NCBI GenBank assembly: GCA_964016885.1
Contig: OZ024764.1
Coordinates: forward strand, 14,136,001 to 14,200,000
Length of the DNA: 64,000 nt
Source: Eledone cirrhosa
Taxonomy: Eukaryota
Direction: 5' to 3'
The notes below the pieces were generated by a model, which did not search any database, was not told the DNA's origin, and was given only the letters and a program-made list of their open reading frames with translations. Positions 61,977-64,000 of this stretch are shown here, one piece after another. Position numbers and translations under genes: made by a program. Every line of letters begins with the position of its first letter. The first letter of the stretch is position 1.

Positions 61977-62477
61977 TGTGCATGAATAGAAGTGTGTGTA
62001 TATATATATATATATATGTGTGTAGAAGTGTGTAAATATGTATAAATGTGTGTATATATAGATATTATATGTGTGTGAGTATATATATATATACATATAT
62101 ATATTATATATATTATATATATGCATGGGTGTACATGAGTATAAGTATGTGTACAAATTTGAGAATGTATACGTACATATGTGCATATATATGTACATGT
62201 ATATATGTGTATGTGTATACAATTATTTTAATACAGATTGTTTCTCATATGTATGTATATACATGTGTGTATGTATGTATGTATGTATGTATATTTGAGC
62301 ATTTATAGATGTGTGTGTATATAGAAGTCTTTTAATATGCTATGTGTGTATATATGTATATATGTGTGTATATATGTATGTGTCTGTTTGTCCCGGGGGG
62401 GGTAACCACAATAAGTAAGGTACTGTATACATTAGTAGTGTGTAAACATCATGTATAATATATATATATGTATATAT

Positions 62478-64000
62478 GGAGGCACATGGCTTAGTGGTTA
62501 GAGCATTGGGCTTGCAATCGAAAGGTTGTGAGTTCAATTCTCAGACCGGGTGATGTGTTGTTTCCTTGAGCAAGACTTTATTTCACATTGCTCCAGTTTC
62601 CTCAGCTGTAGAAATGAGATGATAGGGACTGGCGTCCCTATCATTCCACTGTAAAGTGGACGTGGAGAGGTCATGGCAAAAAAGCACCCAGCACTCACTG
62701 TAAAGTGGTCATGTAGGTGTCACAGTAAAAAAGCACCCACCACTCACTGTAAAGTGGTCATGTAGGTGTCACAGTAAAAAAGCACCCAGCACTCACTGTA
62801 AAGTGGTCATGTAGGTGTCACAGCAAAAAAGCACCCACCACTCACTGTAAAGTGGTCATGTAGGTGTCACAGTAAAAAAGCACCCAGCACTCACTGTAAA
62901 GTGGTCATGTAGGTGCCACAGTAAAAAAGCACCCAGCGCTCACTGTAAAGTGGTCATGTAGGTGCCACAGTAAAAAAGCACCCAGCACTCACTGTAAAGT
63001 GGTCATTTAGGTGCCACAGTAAAAAAGCACCCAGCGCTCACTGTAAAGTGGTCATGTAGGTGCCACAGTAAAAAAGCACCCAGCACTCACTGTAAAGTGG
63101 TCATGTAGGTGCCACAGTAAAAAAGCACCCAGCGCTCACTGTAAAGTGGTCATGTAGGTGCCACAGTAAAAAAGCACCCAGCACTCACTGTAAAGTGGTC
63201 ATGGAGGTGCCACAGTAAAAAAGCACCCAGCACTCACTGTAAAGTGGTCATATAGGTGCCACAGTAAAAAAGCACCCAGCACTCACTGTAAAGTGGTCAT
63301 GTAGGTGCCACAGTAAAAAAGCACCCAGCACTCACTGTAAAGTGGTCATGTAGGTGCCACAGTAAAAAAGCACCCAGCACTCACTGTAAAGTGGTCATGT
63401 AGGTGTCACAGTAAAAAAGCACCCAGCACTCACTGTGAAGTGGTCATGTAGGTGCCACGGTAAAAAAGCACCCAGCACTCACTGTAAAGTGGTCATGTAG
63501 GTGCCACAGTAAAAAAGCACCCAGCACTCACTGTAAAGTGGTCATGTAGGTGCCACAGTAAAAAAACACCCAGCACTCACTGTAAAGTGGTCATGTAGGT
63601 GCCACAGTAAAAAAGCACCCAGCACTCACTGTGAAGTGGTCATGTAGGTGCCACAGTAAAAAAGCACCCAGCACTCACTGTAAAGTGGTCATGTAGGTGC
63701 CACAGTAAAAAAGCACCCAGCACTCACTGTAAAATGGTCATGTAGGTTCCACAGTAAAAAAGCACCCACCACTCACTGTAAAGTGGTCATGTAGGTGCCA
63801 CAGTAAAAAAGCACCCAGCGCTCACTGTAAAGTGGTCATGTAGGTGCCACAGTAAAAAAGCACCCAGCGCTCACTGTGAAGTGGTCATATAGGTGCCACA
63901 GTAAAAAAGCACCCAGCACTCACTGTAAAGTGGTCATGTAGGTGCCACAGTAAAAAAGCACCCAGCACTCACTGTAAAGTGGTCATGTAGGTGCCACAGT
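62478..64000 (+). mobile_element. SINE family A with 49-bp array running off the window end
   Basis: head at 62478, array from ~62680 of cagtaaaaaagcacccagcactcactgtaaagtggtcatgtaggtgcca. Confidence 0.9.

Noticed and set aside
62478-62550. tRNA gene
   Set aside because: tRNA-like head continues into the SINE core and lacks a full cloverleaf

Overview
Eukaryotic, extremely microsatellite-rich animal DNA; the repeat landscape ((TA)n/(CA)n/(CAC)n tracts, tRNA-derived SINEs, RTE/CR1 fragments) looks octopod-like (inference). The only host gene I can support is a minus-strand nervy/ETO/MTG8 (CBFA2T/RUNX1T1 family) co-repressor. I traced eight coding exons by hand between ~3430 and 23099 (NHR1/TAFH, NHR2, NHR3, MYND). 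All have GT-AG borders, but two exons carry apparent frameshifts, and the 5' coding exon(s) were not found in the window. The rest is intron or flank filled with SINEs, LINE fragments (RTE, CR1, CRE-like endonuclease), TTAA-flanked piggyBac-like MITEs and many minisatellites that grew out of these elements. The most striking unannotated signal is a dense set of ~15-17 type I hammerhead-ribozyme motifs (CUGANGA...GAAA...UH, often with a palindromic stem III) from several unrelated sequence families. Many lie in fold-back elements, one family forms a 424-bp tandem retrozyme/Penelope-like unit, and several are in sense orientation in nervy introns or the putative 3' UTR. Short unique islands between the microsatellites carry clustered proneural E-boxes and octamers (candidate neural enhancers). 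Coordinates were read by eye; repeat boundaries are approximate.
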